Shown: positions 9,308-19,208 of the stretch, one piece after another
Layout of the letters: each line of letters starts with the position of its first letter
Numbering within the stretch: position 1 is the stretch's first letter
NCBI GenBank assembly: GCA_946496065.1
Contig: CAMMFF010000006.1
Span: forward strand, 3,216-67,215
Reading direction: 5' to 3'
DNA: 64,000 nucleotides
Origin: an uncultured Clostridia bacterium
GTDB lineage: Bacteria > Bacillota > Clostridia > Christensenellales > UBA1242
Notes under the pieces: generated by a model
The model's input: only the letters and a program-made list of their open reading frames with translations
Told to the model about the DNA's origin: nothing
Database searches by the model: none
Made by a program: the position numbers and the translations under genes

Positions 9308-10504
9308 ATGGCAAAACAAAATGCTTACGAATTTAACAATCTGACAAAGGCTCAACAAGATTGTTTATCACTTATTGAGTCTTTGGGAATTTATGAACTC
9401 AGAGCTCTTGCAAGAGTTTTTGGCGACAATTCCCCTACCACATTAAAGAGAAATGACCATATCTCTATTGTCATGAACAAAATCATTTCTGGAGAAGATT
9501 TGAAACCAATTCCTCTCAGACAAGGCCGACCATATAAAGAACTCAGCAACATTGAAGGCATTTTGGCAGAGCTTTCTCAAATCACGGGAAAGGACTATTC
9601 CTTGAAGTCTAACCAACAAAGAGGAACAAATCGTTTGCAAAAAGTTGTCACCTTCAGACAAATGGAAGATGATGTGATTAAAAAGAAACTCTTTCCAATC
9701 AAAGTTAAAGGGATACTTTGCGAAAGAAACGAAAAAGAATTTTTCTTCTACAACCAACATAATTCCGAGAAAAAAGGTTTTGTTTTGGTTAAAAAGAACA
9801 TGGACACAAGACTTAAGCCTTATGACTATGTTGTCGGAACTGCAGTCATTATGAATGAGGAAAAAGATTACATACTTGACAGCATTGAATATCTCAACTT
9901 CCAAAATTATCAAAACTATCAAGACATCACAAACGAATATGAACAGACTGTTCCAACCCAAAAACTTGTTTTTGAGAATAACGAAATTGTTTTGGGAAGC
10001 AGATATATGTTGAAACAAGGCAAGTTCATTGATAACATTGACAAATTCAAAAATTTGCTTAAGAAACTCAATGAAAACAAGATAATCACTTTGGGAATCA
10101 TTCCAAATGTGATGTTTGAAGACCAGGAAGCAATCAAAAGTTTGGGATTCAACAATATGTTCATTCTCAATTACAAAGATCGTCCACTCTCCGCATATGA
10201 AACAATGCTCATGGTCATTGAGCACATCAAACGTTTGCAACAACAAGGTTTGAGAGTTGCCTTGTTTGTGCAGGATATAACCACCTTGGCAAACGATATT
10301 GATTTCGCATTCAAAACAAACACAAAAGTTCTCATGGGACACACAGAAAATGCTGTTGACATAATTAAACAACTTATGCTTTTGGCCAAGGCCGGTGGAG
10401 AACACAAACACACAACAATTTTCACAACCCTAGACGAATCAGATATGTTTGACCAAATGTATGTTTCAGCTGTATACAAAGTTTCAAAAAAGATTGAGTT
10501 ATAA
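9308..10504 (+). CDS. Rho termination factor homologue with degenerate ATPase domain
   Basis: Rho-N-like IYELRALARVFG..SPTTLKR; C-terminal VIEHIKRLQQQG.RVALFVQDITTLA...TIFTT aligns by eye with Rho VIEKAKRLVEH..DVIILLDSITRLA...TIIAT; no GKT Walker A; strong RBS. Confidence 0.75.
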   Translation: MAKQNAYEFNNLTKAQQDCLSLIESLGIYELRALARVFGDNSPTTLKRNDHISIVMNKIISGEDLKPIPLRQGRPYKELSNIEGILAELSQITGKDYSLKSNQQRGTNRLQKVVTFRQMEDDVIKKKLFPIKVKGILCERNEKEFFFYNQHNSEKKGFVLVKKNMDTRLKPYDYVVGTAVIMNEEKDYILDSIEYLNFQNYQNYQDITNEYEQTVPTQKLVFENNEIVLGSRYMLKQGKFIDNIDKFKNLLKKLNENKIITLGIIPNVMFEDQEAIKSLGFNNMFILNYKDRPLSAYETMLMVIEHIKRLQQQGLRVALFVQDITTLANDIDFAFKTNTKVLMGHTENAVDIIKQLMLLAKAGGEHKHTTIFTTLDESDMFDQMYVSAVYKVSKKIEL

Positions 10505-10538
10505 GATTCATCGCACAAACAATTGTCATTGCAAATAG

Positions 10539-10574
10539 GCGTTTTTATGAATTCATAAGAACGCTTTGTTTTTT
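10539..10574 (+). terminator. Intrinsic terminator after the rho-like gene
   Basis: GCGTTTTTATGAA/TTCATAAGAACGC inverted repeat followed by a T-rich tract. Confidence 0.6.
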
Positions 10575-10651
10575 GTTTGACTTTATATGTCTAAATTTTT
10601 ATACTTAATAATGATTTTAAGAGCAACCTCGCCCATTCAACTGGAGGTATA

Positions 10652-11503
10652 ATGAGCAACATAATTCTTTCAATACCAAGTGGTTTTGACCTGTTTGGTT
10701 GGAGAGTGAATTTCTACGGAATCACCAGTGCCCTCTCTTATCTTTTAGGCATTGTCATCACTTGTCTAGTCGCAAAAAAGAGAGGTTTCAAAATTGAAGA
10801 TATAGTGACGCTTGCTTGCTATGTCATTCCTTTTGCCATTATTGGTGCAAGACTTTACTATGTTTTGTTTAGATTGGAATATTACACAAACTTTTGGGAT
10901 ATCTTCAAAATTTGGGAAGGCGGACTTGGATTCTACGGCGGTTTAATTGGTGGAGCATTGGCAGTTCTGCTTTATTGCCTTATCCACAAGAAAAACTTCT
11001 TTGCCTTGATTGACATCATCGCCCCTGCCCTTATTTGCGCTCAAGCACTTGGACGTTGGGGAAACTTCTTCAATCAAGAAGCCTATGGTTACCCAATTGA
11101 AAATCCAAGTTGGCAATGGTTCCCATTTGGAGTTTACATTGACCACTGCACACAACCTGACTGCACCTGTGGTGGAAGTGGCTGGCACTTGGCAACATTT
11201 TTCTATGAAAGTTTGTGGAATTTTATTTCTTTTGCAATTTTAATGCTTTTACTCTACAAAGTCAAATTCAAAAGAAATGGAATGATTGCTTCATATTATC
11301 TCATTCTCTATGGCATCGGAAGAATGTTCATTGAAGGGTTAAGAACTGATAGTTTGTATTTAGGTTCAATCAGAATTTCACAATTGTTAAGCGTTATTTT
11401 CATAATTCTTGGACTTGCAATAATCTTATACAACACCATAACCAAAAAGAAAAGTGAAGACAGTTTTGACAAAATTATGGAAATAGTGAAGTCAGACTTT
11501 TAA
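10652..11503 (+). CDS. lgt: Prolipoprotein diacylglyceryl transferase
   Basis: GARLYYV, IWEGGL..YGG, GRWGNFFNQEAYG, YES and RTD motifs. Confidence 0.96.
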   Translation: MSNIILSIPSGFDLFGWRVNFYGITSALSYLLGIVITCLVAKKRGFKIEDIVTLACYVIPFAIIGARLYYVLFRLEYYTNFWDIFKIWEGGLGFYGGLIGGALAVLLYCLIHKKNFFALIDIIAPALICAQALGRWGNFFNQEAYGYPIENPSWQWFPFGVYIDHCTQPDCTCGGSGWHLATFFYESLWNFISFAILMLLLYKVKFKRNGMIASYYLILYGIGRMFIEGLRTDSLYLGSIRISQLLSVIFIILGLAIILYNTITKKKSEDSFDKIMEIVKSDF

Positions 11504-11565
11504 ATCAGATTTGCAAAACAATTGATTACAAGTTTAAAACATAAAATTATAAACATAATAATTCC

Positions 11566-12066
11566 ATGAAAGGAAGAATGTTTGGAATTAAGAAAAGTCT
11601 GCTGTTGAAAATAACGGCGATTTTTCTTTTTTTATGCTTTGCTGTCGCAACCTTTTTCGCATTTTACTCCCTAAAAATTCCAGACCTTTGGTTCTATAAC
11701 TTTTGCATCTCTCTTGGGCTGTTTCAAATTGTCAAAGGCTTTTTCTTTAAACTTGACAGTGTCCTTTATATAGGTTTTTTGCTTCTGTTTATTGGACTTG
11801 CCGGATATCTTTTTTTGTTTACAGAAACTTACAATTACTCCCCATTTTTCATCTCATTGGCATTCATTTTGGCATCTATTTTCACCTTCATTTTCACCGA
11901 ACAAAACTTTCATCTCATATTTGCTTATTCGCTAATTTTCGTGACTATTCTTGCTCTTTTGCTGATAAAAAATTTTATAACATTGTCTATTTTTATTGCT
12001 TTTATATCTCTGTTTTTGGTATTATTAGTTGTAGAAATATTTTATGACAAAAAATGGAGAAAGTAG
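11566..12066 (+). CDS. Hypothetical multi-pass membrane protein
   Basis: About six hydrophobic segments; overlaps the next gene. Confidence 0.65.
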   Translation: MKGRMFGIKKSLLLKITAIFLFLCFAVATFFAFYSLKIPDLWFYNFCISLGLFQIVKGFFFKLDSVLYIGFLLLFIGLAGYLFLFTETYNYSPFFISLAFILASIFTFIFTEQNFHLIFAYSLIFVTILALLLIKNFITLSIFIAFISLFLVLLVVEIFYDKKWRK

Positions 12067-12704
12067 GTATGTTTTCACAGGAAACCGATGGCTATAAAAA
12101 ATCAGAAGTAGACAGTTATATTCAAAGAATGAAAGCAAATTATGAAGCAAAACTCATGGAAGAAAAACTTAAAGCTTTGGATTCTGAGAAGAAAGTTTTG
12201 GATATGAAAAATGAACGCTTTGAAATTGAAAACAAAGAAAAAAACATCATGACTGCTCTTAATGCCATTGAAAAAGCAAAAAAATTCCAAGAAGAAGGCT
12301 CAAAAACATACTATAAACTGATTATGGACAAATTGGAATTGTTGCTCAAAGAACTGTCATTAAAGTTTCCAGAACTGAAAAGAAATCAGGACTTTATGAA
12401 CTTGCTTTATGAATTTTCAAACATCATTCATGATTATAAAGACAAACTTGAGAAAGCTTCTGTCATCACTCAACCTATCTACTCAGAAAACGACAGCATG
12501 CGCCTGCTTCTTAACAAAATGCAGGACTATAAAAAAGGGCACGAACCTCCAAAAGAAGTCCATATTTCTACCATCAAAAAAGAACCAAAAACTTTGAAAG
12601 ATTTGCCTGTAAGTGAAAGTGGTTTCGATTTTGAAGAGGCTTTAAATCCAACAGAAGACTTGGAAGAAATCATGAAAGCGTTTGATTTTTACAATCAAAA
12701 CTAA
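12054..12704 (+). CDS. Coiled-coil protein with DivIVA-like N-terminus
   Basis: F.....GYKKSEVDSYI resembles the DivIVA GY...EVD.FL motif; coiled-coil follows. Confidence 0.6.
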   Translation: MEKVGMFSQETDGYKKSEVDSYIQRMKANYEAKLMEEKLKALDSEKKVLDMKNERFEIENKEKNIMTALNAIEKAKKFQEEGSKTYYKLIMDKLELLLKELSLKFPELKRNQDFMNLLYEFSNIIHDYKDKLEKASVITQPIYSENDSMRLLLNKMQDYKKGHEPPKEVHISTIKKEPKTLKDLPVSESGFDFEEALNPTEDLEEIMKAFDFYNQN

Positions 12705-12726
12705 AAACAAAGGAAGGGAAGAAAAA

Positions 12727-12978
12727 ATGATTGAATACAAATTTGACACACAACTTTTGATTGAAGGAAAAAATTTGTCTGATGAAAAAATCAGACAATA
12801 CATCACAGACAACATTGAAGGAGATTGTTTGCTTGTTGTTGGAGATGATGAACTTATCAAAATTCATTTTCACACAAACACACCATGGAAAGTTTTGGAA
12901 TATTGTGACTCACTTGGTGACATTCAAGACATTGTTGTCGAAAACATGGAAAGACAAGCAAACGGCTTGCATGGTTAA
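12727..12978 (+). CDS. Small protein matching the FakA/DAK2-associated middle domain
   Basis: GDCLLVVGDDELIKIHFHT..PWKV....GDI.DI.VENMERQ; GGAAG RBS. Confidence 0.75.
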   Translation: MIEYKFDTQLLIEGKNLSDEKIRQYITDNIEGDCLLVVGDDELIKIHFHTNTPWKVLEYCDSLGDIQDIVVENMERQANGLHG

Positions 12979-13036
12979 TGTCAAAAACAGTCTAAACCTG
13001 CTTGTATTTTTCAACCACAAAGCAGCTTATGCAACA

Positions 13037-13068
13037 AAAAAACACCTTCGATTTTGATGGTGTTTTTT
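13037..13068. terminator. Bidirectional intrinsic terminator
   Basis: AAAAAACACC...GGTGTTTTTT between convergent genes. Confidence 0.7.
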
Positions 13069-13083
13069 AATTTCAATTCATTT

Positions 13084-14100
13084 TCAAAAAAAGATTGTTA
13101 AAAACATTCCTGAAATGACACCAATCGCGTATTGTAATGCAAGAATGCCAAAGTTTTCAAGCATATGCTTTTTGTTTCTTGTGAACAAAATGACAAGTCC
13201 TACCCCTGCACCTGCAGTAAGTCCTGCAACTAAGGCTGGAAAAGAAAGTGTTCCATAAATAAACAATTCAACAAGCAAAACAGAGGAAGCACAATTTGGA
13301 ATCAAACCAATCAAACTTGCAATCAAAACTTGGAAATACATATTTGTTGTAAGCAAATTTTGAAGGACTGTTATATCATTGTATTTGATAATCATATTGA
13401 TTATAAAAGTTGCAACAAAAATGTATATTATGATGTTGAAAGTGTGCATGAAGGCATCAAGAAAGATGTTGTTTGCACAACAACCATGTTCATGTCCACA
13501 ATCTGACGCACATCTATTTGAATGAATATGTCCACATTCATGAATATGTCCATAAGAATGTTCGTGCTCGTGATGTTCTTCATGTGAGTGCTCATGATCT
13601 GCGTCAGCATCTATTGCAATTTCATGAGTCCCCATTTCAGTCACTGGAACACCAGCAACATTTGGCACAACCTCTTTCTTTTTAGATTTTCTGATTGCTC
13701 CAATCGTCAAATCAATCAAATAGCCCCAAAAAATTGCGAGTGCGATTTTTACACCAATGAGAAGCAACATTGAAAGAATTTGATCCACATTAGAAATCAT
13801 GATTGGAATTGCTTCATCAGAGGTCGCAACAAACACTGCTACAAGAGTTCCCAAAGAAACCGTTCTTCCAGAATATAAATCTGCTATAACTGATGAAAAT
13901 CCACACTGCGGAACACAACCCAGAAATGAAGCATATAGAACACTTGTCTTTTTATTTTTCGAAAGAAACCTGCTGAATTTGTGACTGTGGTCATGTGAAA
14001 GATAAGAAACGAGAAGATAAGCAAGAAAAAGAACTGGAACAACCTTAAGGCAGTCCAGGACAGCATCATATAGGCTATCAACAAAAATTTCCATTGCCAC
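13084..14100 (-). CDS. Putative metal (Mn-type) transporter with His/Cys-rich loop
   Basis: PQCGFS, ATSDEA and IPNCASS repeats; HEHSHEEHHEHEH loop. Confidence 0.8.
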   Translation of the reverse strand: MAMEIFVDSLYDAVLDCLKVVPVLFLAYLLVSYLSHDHSHKFSRFLSKNKKTSVLYASFLGCVPQCGFSSVIADLYSGRTVSLGTLVAVFVATSDEAIPIMISNVDQILSMLLLIGVKIALAIFWGYLIDLTIGAIRKSKKKEVVPNVAGVPVTEMGTHEIAIDADADHEHSHEEHHEHEHSYGHIHECGHIHSNRCASDCGHEHGCCANNIFLDAFMHTFNIIIYIFVATFIINMIIKYNDITVLQNLLTTNMYFQVLIASLIGLIPNCASSVLLVELFIYGTLSFPALVAGLTAGAGVGLVILFTRNKKHMLENFGILALQYAIGVISGMFLTIFF

Positions 14101-14298
14101 TTATCTCCCAAAAATTTTTGTTATTATAACACATGGTTTATTAAATTACAAAATAAATTATAATTTTTATTTATTTGATTATTTATCTTCACTATGGTAT
14201 TATAAATAAGCAACTAATTATGAAACACCTTTCAGAAAAATGAATAAATTTTATATTAAAAAGCAATTTTTCATTACATAAAACATAAAGGAGCAAAG

Positions 14299-16404
14299 AT
14301 GGATAAAGAATTGAAACTTATTAATGTCAATAAAAAATATAAGTTATCAAACAAGGAAACTTTTCAGGCACTCTATAACATTAATGTTGAATTTGACAAA
14401 GGAGAACTTGTCTCTATTGTCGGTGAAAGTGGAAGTGGAAAATCTACCCTTATGAATCTTATTGGCGGACTTGATTCAGACTATACTGGCTCCATCATTG
14501 CTGGTGGAGAAGATTTGAGTAAATTATCAGAAAAGGAACTCGACAAATATCGCAAAAACAAAGTCGGTTTTGTTTTTCAATCATTTAATTTGATTTCTCA
14601 TTTGTCAATTTTGGATAATGTCACCCTTGCCCTCACACTTTCAAATGTTGGAGAAAAAGAGAAAGTTGCAAAAGCAACAGAAATTCTAAAAAGAGTAGGT
14701 CTTGAAAACCAACTGAAAAAGAAACCAACTCAACTTTCTGGAGGGCAAAAACAAAGAGTGGCAATTGCCAGAGCTTTGATTAATGACCCTGAAATCATAA
14801 TTGCAGATGAGCCAACTGGCGCTTTGGACAGCGGAACTTCAATGCAAATTTTGGAAATCTTGAAAGAAATTGCAGACAGCGGAAAATTGGTTATCATGGT
14901 AACCCACTCCGAGAAAGTCGCTTCAATCTCTTCTCGTGTTGTTGAGATTTCCGATGGCAGAATTGTTGATGACAAAATTAACAAAAATTACAAGAGAAAC
15001 AAAAACGCAGAATTCAAATTACAAGAAGAAACTCCTGAGACAACGACAGAAAGTGTATCTAAGAAAAACAAAAAATCAAAAAATTCAAAAGATAAACAAA
15101 ACCTTTCTATGTGGTCCGCAATAAGACTTTCTTTTCATAATATGTGGGCAAGTCGTGTAAAAAATTTTTTAATGGCATTTGGAGTTGCAATTGGAATTGG
15201 AAGCTTGATTTTGATGATGAGTTTCAGTTCTGGAATCACAGACTATATCAACAACACCATGAAATCATATTCCGACCCTACAATTGTGACAATTTCAAAA
15301 AAAGGTAGCGGTGACATTTCAAGCATGATGATGCCAAATTTCTTTGATGATGGAGAAAAAGAAACCTTAATCGAAAATATCAATGCATACTTATCAGAAA
15401 ACAATTATGACTTTCAAGTCACTGAAGATAATGTAACTGAAGGTTTCAGCATGATGACCGTTGCGACAGGTGCAAAAGTTTATTACAGTCCAAGTGGAGA
15501 TTATTTTCAAAGCAAAGATGACCCTGAAGCAGACTATGTCTCACTTTCAATCATATATCTCTACTCCACACCACCATATTACAGTGACAGCAATGTGATT
15601 GAAGGTGAGATGGGAACTTCAACTGGTGGATTTATGTTTTCAAAAGGCATCAGCAGTTTGTTTGAGGACGGCTCAGCAGTTGGAAAAGAAGTTGAAATAT
15701 CCTTCACCTTCAAAACATCTCAATCAGATCCTGGCACTGTCATAGAAAAACAAGACACAATTTGCGGAATTATGGACACATCAGTAATGTCAAATTTCCT
15801 TGTTATGTATGTTGATTATGACTATATCCGTTCCATTTTTGAAGAAAAAGGAGTCGGTGATTATTTCGCACCAACCTCCCTCTACATTCAAACCCCTTCT
15901 GAAACTGTGACAAACGCAATCAATGACTATCTCGCAACAACAGAAGGATACACAGGCTCTATCGAAGATCAACTTGCTGGAATGTTCAACAGTATGTCAA
16001 GCATAATTGGGACTTCACTTGTTGTGATCTCCTGCATTTCACTCTTTGTTTCTGCAATGATGATTTTGGTTGTTCTCTACATGAGCGTAACTGAAAGAAC
16101 AAAAGAAATCGGAGTTCTCAAGTCAATCGGTGCAAGAAGAAAGGATATCAAACGAATTTTCACTTCGGAAAGTTTCTTGGTCGGCGTGCTAAGCGGAATT
16201 TTTGGAATCATCTTCAACTTGATATTAACTTTGGTTGTTTGGTTAGTTCTCACCTACACAATAGGTCTTGCCCCAATAAGTTACCGTTGGTGGTATTTTG
16301 CAATTGCACTCGGAGTTTCAATTGTAATCAGTATGTTGGCAGGACTTTATCCAGCAAGCAAAGCAGCAAAACTCGACCCTGTTGAAAGTTTACGAAGAGA
16401 ATAA
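14299..16404 (+). CDS. MacB-type ABC transporter, fused ATPase and FtsX-like permease
   Basis: GESGSGKS, LSGGQKQR, ADEPTGALD; ERTKEIG and KAAKLDPVESLR permease end. Confidence 0.93.
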   Translation: MDKELKLINVNKKYKLSNKETFQALYNINVEFDKGELVSIVGESGSGKSTLMNLIGGLDSDYTGSIIAGGEDLSKLSEKELDKYRKNKVGFVFQSFNLISHLSILDNVTLALTLSNVGEKEKVAKATEILKRVGLENQLKKKPTQLSGGQKQRVAIARALINDPEIIIADEPTGALDSGTSMQILEILKEIADSGKLVIMVTHSEKVASISSRVVEISDGRIVDDKINKNYKRNKNAEFKLQEETPETTTESVSKKNKKSKNSKDKQNLSMWSAIRLSFHNMWASRVKNFLMAFGVAIGIGSLILMMSFSSGITDYINNTMKSYSDPTIVTISKKGSGDISSMMMPNFFDDGEKETLIENINAYLSENNYDFQVTEDNVTEGFSMMTVATGAKVYYSPSGDYFQSKDDPEADYVSLSIIYLYSTPPYYSDSNVIEGEMGTSTGGFMFSKGISSLFEDGSAVGKEVEISFTFKTSQSDPGTVIEKQDTICGIMDTSVMSNFLVMYVDYDYIRSIFEEKGVGDYFAPTSLYIQTPSETVTNAINDYLATTEGYTGSIEDQLAGMFNSMSSIIGTSLVVISCISLFVSAMMILVVLYMSVTERTKEIGVLKSIGARRKDIKRIFTSESFLVGVLSGIFGIIFNLILTLVVWLVLTYTIGLAPISYRWWYFAIALGVSIVISMLAGLYPASKAAKLDPVESLRRE

Positions 16405-16433
16405 TAAAATTCCAAACTTATAAAGGTATTTCT

Positions 16434-17087
16434 ATGATAAACGTAAAAAAGTTTTTAAAAGACAATTCTGATTTAAAATACGCAGAGTTTAATAAAAAAT
16501 TCATACGCACCCGCTATCCAATTATCGGAGTTCGACTTCCAAGACTGCAGAAATTTGCAAAGGAAATTGAACCCGAATATATTGAATTTGATGAAAACTT
16601 AACTCATGAAGAAATCATGTTGTACATCTATTGTGCTGGATGCTTCAAGACAGAAGATGAACAACTTGAATACCTTGAAAACATCTTGCCTTACATCGAC
16701 AATTGGGCAACCTGTGATTGCACTGGAGCATTAAAAAAATTAAAAGGTGAAAAATCGTTTCAATTCTTTTCCAAACTCCTAAAGAGTGACAAAGAATTTG
16801 AAATTAGAGTTGGAATAATTGGTTTCATGAAGAACTTTCTTAAAACAGAAAAATTAATCGAAATCTTGGCACAAATTAGAGAAATAAAGTCAGATGCATA
16901 TTATGTCAAAATGGGAATCTCCTGGTTTTATGCAGAATTGTGTGCCTTTAACAGTAAACTAGCCGTCGAAGAAATCAAAAACACGAGAGATAAATTCATA
17001 AGAAACAAATCCATCTCAAAAGCAAAAGAAAGTTACAGAGTCTCTGCCACAACCAAAGAAGAATTGGAAAAACTTAGAATGAAATAA
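16434..17087 (+). CDS. DNA alkylation repair protein (AlkD-like)
   Basis: IGVRLP, YIDNWATCD and YYVKMGISW motifs. Confidence 0.85.
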   Translation: MINVKKFLKDNSDLKYAEFNKKFIRTRYPIIGVRLPRLQKFAKEIEPEYIEFDENLTHEEIMLYIYCAGCFKTEDEQLEYLENILPYIDNWATCDCTGALKKLKGEKSFQFFSKLLKSDKEFEIRVGIIGFMKNFLKTEKLIEILAQIREIKSDAYYVKMGISWFYAELCAFNSKLAVEEIKNTRDKFIRNKSISKAKESYRVSATTKEELEKLRMK

Positions 17088-17123
17088 TAAAAATAAATAA
17101 AAGAAAAATCCATGAAGGTTAAA

Positions 17124-17215
17124 GCCTTTTAAAACTAGCAGAAAAAAATAAGAAAAGGAGTTCTACTTTTTATAGTAAAACTCTTTTTTAATTAGTTTCA
17201 AAAACTATAGATTAA
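17124..17215. repeat. Conserved-end hairpin element, copy A
   Basis: GCCTTTTAAAACTAG...hairpin...TTAGTTTCAAAAACTATAGATTAA; ends match 52151-52223 and 53079-53158. Confidence 0.6.
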
Positions 17216-17363
17216 GAAATATCTTTTTTATAAAAAAATAAAGATATAATTTTGCGAAAAGGTATGCAAAGTAGACAAAAATATGTTATTATAATAATGT
17301 ATTTATTGACGACAAAATAATATTAAAAATTTGTGATATCAATAAGATAAAGGAGTTTGTGAA

Positions 17364-18161
17364 ATGAAATTTGAAATGTGGTCATTTTGGCATTTTGTTT
17401 TAATGTTGGCACCAATTGTGGCGATTTTAATTCTGTATTTTTCTCTGAGAAAAACGAGTTATAAAACAAGATACATAGTGGGCATAGTGATAGGCTGTAT
17501 TTCACTTGGAATTCTCATTATGAGAAACATTGACATCTTTGTAAATAGTGGTTTTGATCCAGAAATTATACCTTTGCAAGTTTGCCATTTTGGAAATATA
17601 ATGGTCTTTATAGCACTTGTATTTCGAAGTAAGATTGCAACTTCAATTTCATGGACATTAAATTTGCTTGCTGCATATGCGTCACTTGTTTTTGCAGATA
17701 GTTTGGAAAATTATACAACAATAGCAAGTATTCGTGCACAAGCGTATATTTGGGGACACATTTTTATTGTTTTAGGTGCGTTGTATGCTGTTCTTTTGAA
17801 AATTGTTCGCATAGATTTCAAATCATATCTTAGTGGAATTGGGGTTCTTGTTTTGCTTTTAATTCCTGCCATCATTCTAAATTCTTATTTCAATGATGTT
17901 TTAGGTTATTCAATAAATTATTTCTATATATACAACTCAGATGGCGTTCCGTTTGAATTTTTGTATATTGGCGAACGAGCAAAATATGGTTGGTTTACCA
18001 TAAATTGGATATATACAATATCAGTTGTTTTGATCTTCTTGGTTTTAATGTATCTGATTTATTTAATTCAAAAACTTTTGTATCTTAAAGATAAAGATTA
18101 CAAAACTGAGAGTATCTATCATGAATGGAGACGAAAAAGAAAACTCGCAAAAGCAGATTAA
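17364..18161 (+). CDS. YwaF/TMEM164-family integral membrane protein
   Basis: PLQVCH motif, H in GHIFI, NYFY; multi-TM; AAGGAG RBS. Confidence 0.75.
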   Translation: MKFEMWSFWHFVLMLAPIVAILILYFSLRKTSYKTRYIVGIVIGCISLGILIMRNIDIFVNSGFDPEIIPLQVCHFGNIMVFIALVFRSKIATSISWTLNLLAAYASLVFADSLENYTTIASIRAQAYIWGHIFIVLGALYAVLLKIVRIDFKSYLSGIGVLVLLLIPAIILNSYFNDVLGYSINYFYIYNSDGVPFEFLYIGERAKYGWFTINWIYTISVVLIFLVLMYLIYLIQKLLYLKDKDYKTESIYHEWRRKRKLAKAD

Positions 18162-18266
18162 AAAAGATAATGCGAATTTATGAACTTTTTTTCATATAAC
18201 TACATAATTTTTAATTAACATTTATTTTATATAACAAAAAAGAGAGAAAGATCTCTCTTAATTGAA

Positions 18267-18617
18267 CTATTTGTTTTCTGCAGATTTAACTTTTGCTGCT
18301 TTACCAGTGAGGTCTCTTACATAATAGAGTTTAGCTCTTCTTGGTTTACCTTTTCTTACCACTTCAATAGTAGCAATTTTTGGTGAATGAACTGGGAATG
18401 TCTTTTCAACACCAACACCATAAGAAATTTTTCTTACAGTGAAAGTTTCTCTGATTCCACCATTCTTTCTGGCAATAACAACACCTTCAAAAGCTTGCAA
18501 TCTTTCCTTGTCGCCTTCTTTGATTTTGACAGTAACCTTAACAGTGTCACCGATGGCGAATTCAGGGATAGAATCTTTCATGCTTTCTCTTTCCAATTGG
18601 TCAATAATATTAGCCAT
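18267..18617 (-). CDS. rplS: 50S ribosomal protein L19
   Basis: [24 protein letters not shown] and RRAKLYY motifs. Confidence 0.98.
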   Translation of the reverse strand: MANIIDQLERESMKDSIPEFAIGDTVKVTVKIKEGDKERLQAFEGVVIARKNGGIRETFTVRKISYGVGVEKTFPVHSPKIATIEVVRKGKPRRAKLYYVRDLTGKAAKVKSAENK

Positions 18618-18634
18618 GACTTATCTCCTTTTTT

Positions 18635-18695
18635 CAGATTTTCGACATGATGCTCATAAAGTAAAAACCCAGCGGAACACCCGAAGTCTTTTTGA
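18635..18695 (-). promoter_or_regulatory. L19 leader-like autoregulatory RNA
   Basis: GGTGTTCCGCTG...TATGAGCATC upstream of rplS, resembling the Firmicute L19 leader. Confidence 0.55.
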
Positions 18696-18779
18696 TTATA
18701 GCACAACCTAACACACAAAAACAAGTGTTTTTACAAATTTTTTTCAATTTTTTAATAATTAAGTAAATATAGTAAAAAA

Positions 18780-19151
18780 CTAGTCAAAAGCATTTTTCAT
18801 GTGATTAATGAAATCGTCACAAATTTCAATAACATCAAATCTGACATCATGATTATACATATTTTTCATCATCAAATAAATTTCTGCAACCCTTTTGATT
18901 TGATTTTGTTTGTGCAAAGTAACTGCTTCAATAGGTCTTCCAAAAGCAAAGGTTGAACGATTTTTAACTTCAACAAAGACAATAACGTTGTCCTTTTCTG
19001 CAATGATGTCAATTTCACCAATCCTGTTTTTATAATTCGTCTGAAGGATTTTATATTTTTCTTTCTTTAAAAATTGAACAGCCCTTATCTCGCCTTTGTT
19101 TCCCTCGATTTTGTTCTTCACCTTTGAAATATCTTTATTCTCTTTTTTCAT
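18780..19151 (-). CDS. YraN family (UPF0102) nuclease-fold protein
   Basis: G..GE..A, GEIDII, FVEVK and RFDVI motifs. Confidence 0.92.
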   Translation of the reverse strand: MKKENKDISKVKNKIEGNKGEIRAVQFLKKEKYKILQTNYKNRIGEIDIIAEKDNVIVFVEVKNRSTFAFGRPIEAVTLHKQNQIKRVAEIYLMMKNMYNHDVRFDVIEICDDFINHMKNAFD

Positions 19152-19208
19152 AATTCCTCAATAAAATTAAAAAATGATTATTTTTATATAACCAATAATC
19201 ATTTAAAA

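Noticed and set aside
9443-10411. 322-aa antisense ORF over the rho-like gene
   Set aside because: No recognisable motifs; composition fits a shadow of the sense-strand codon bias, and the sense gene has promoter, RBS and Rho similarity.
13480-13610. His-rich repeat as a novel element
   Set aside because: Ordinary metal-binding loop within a recognised transporter family.
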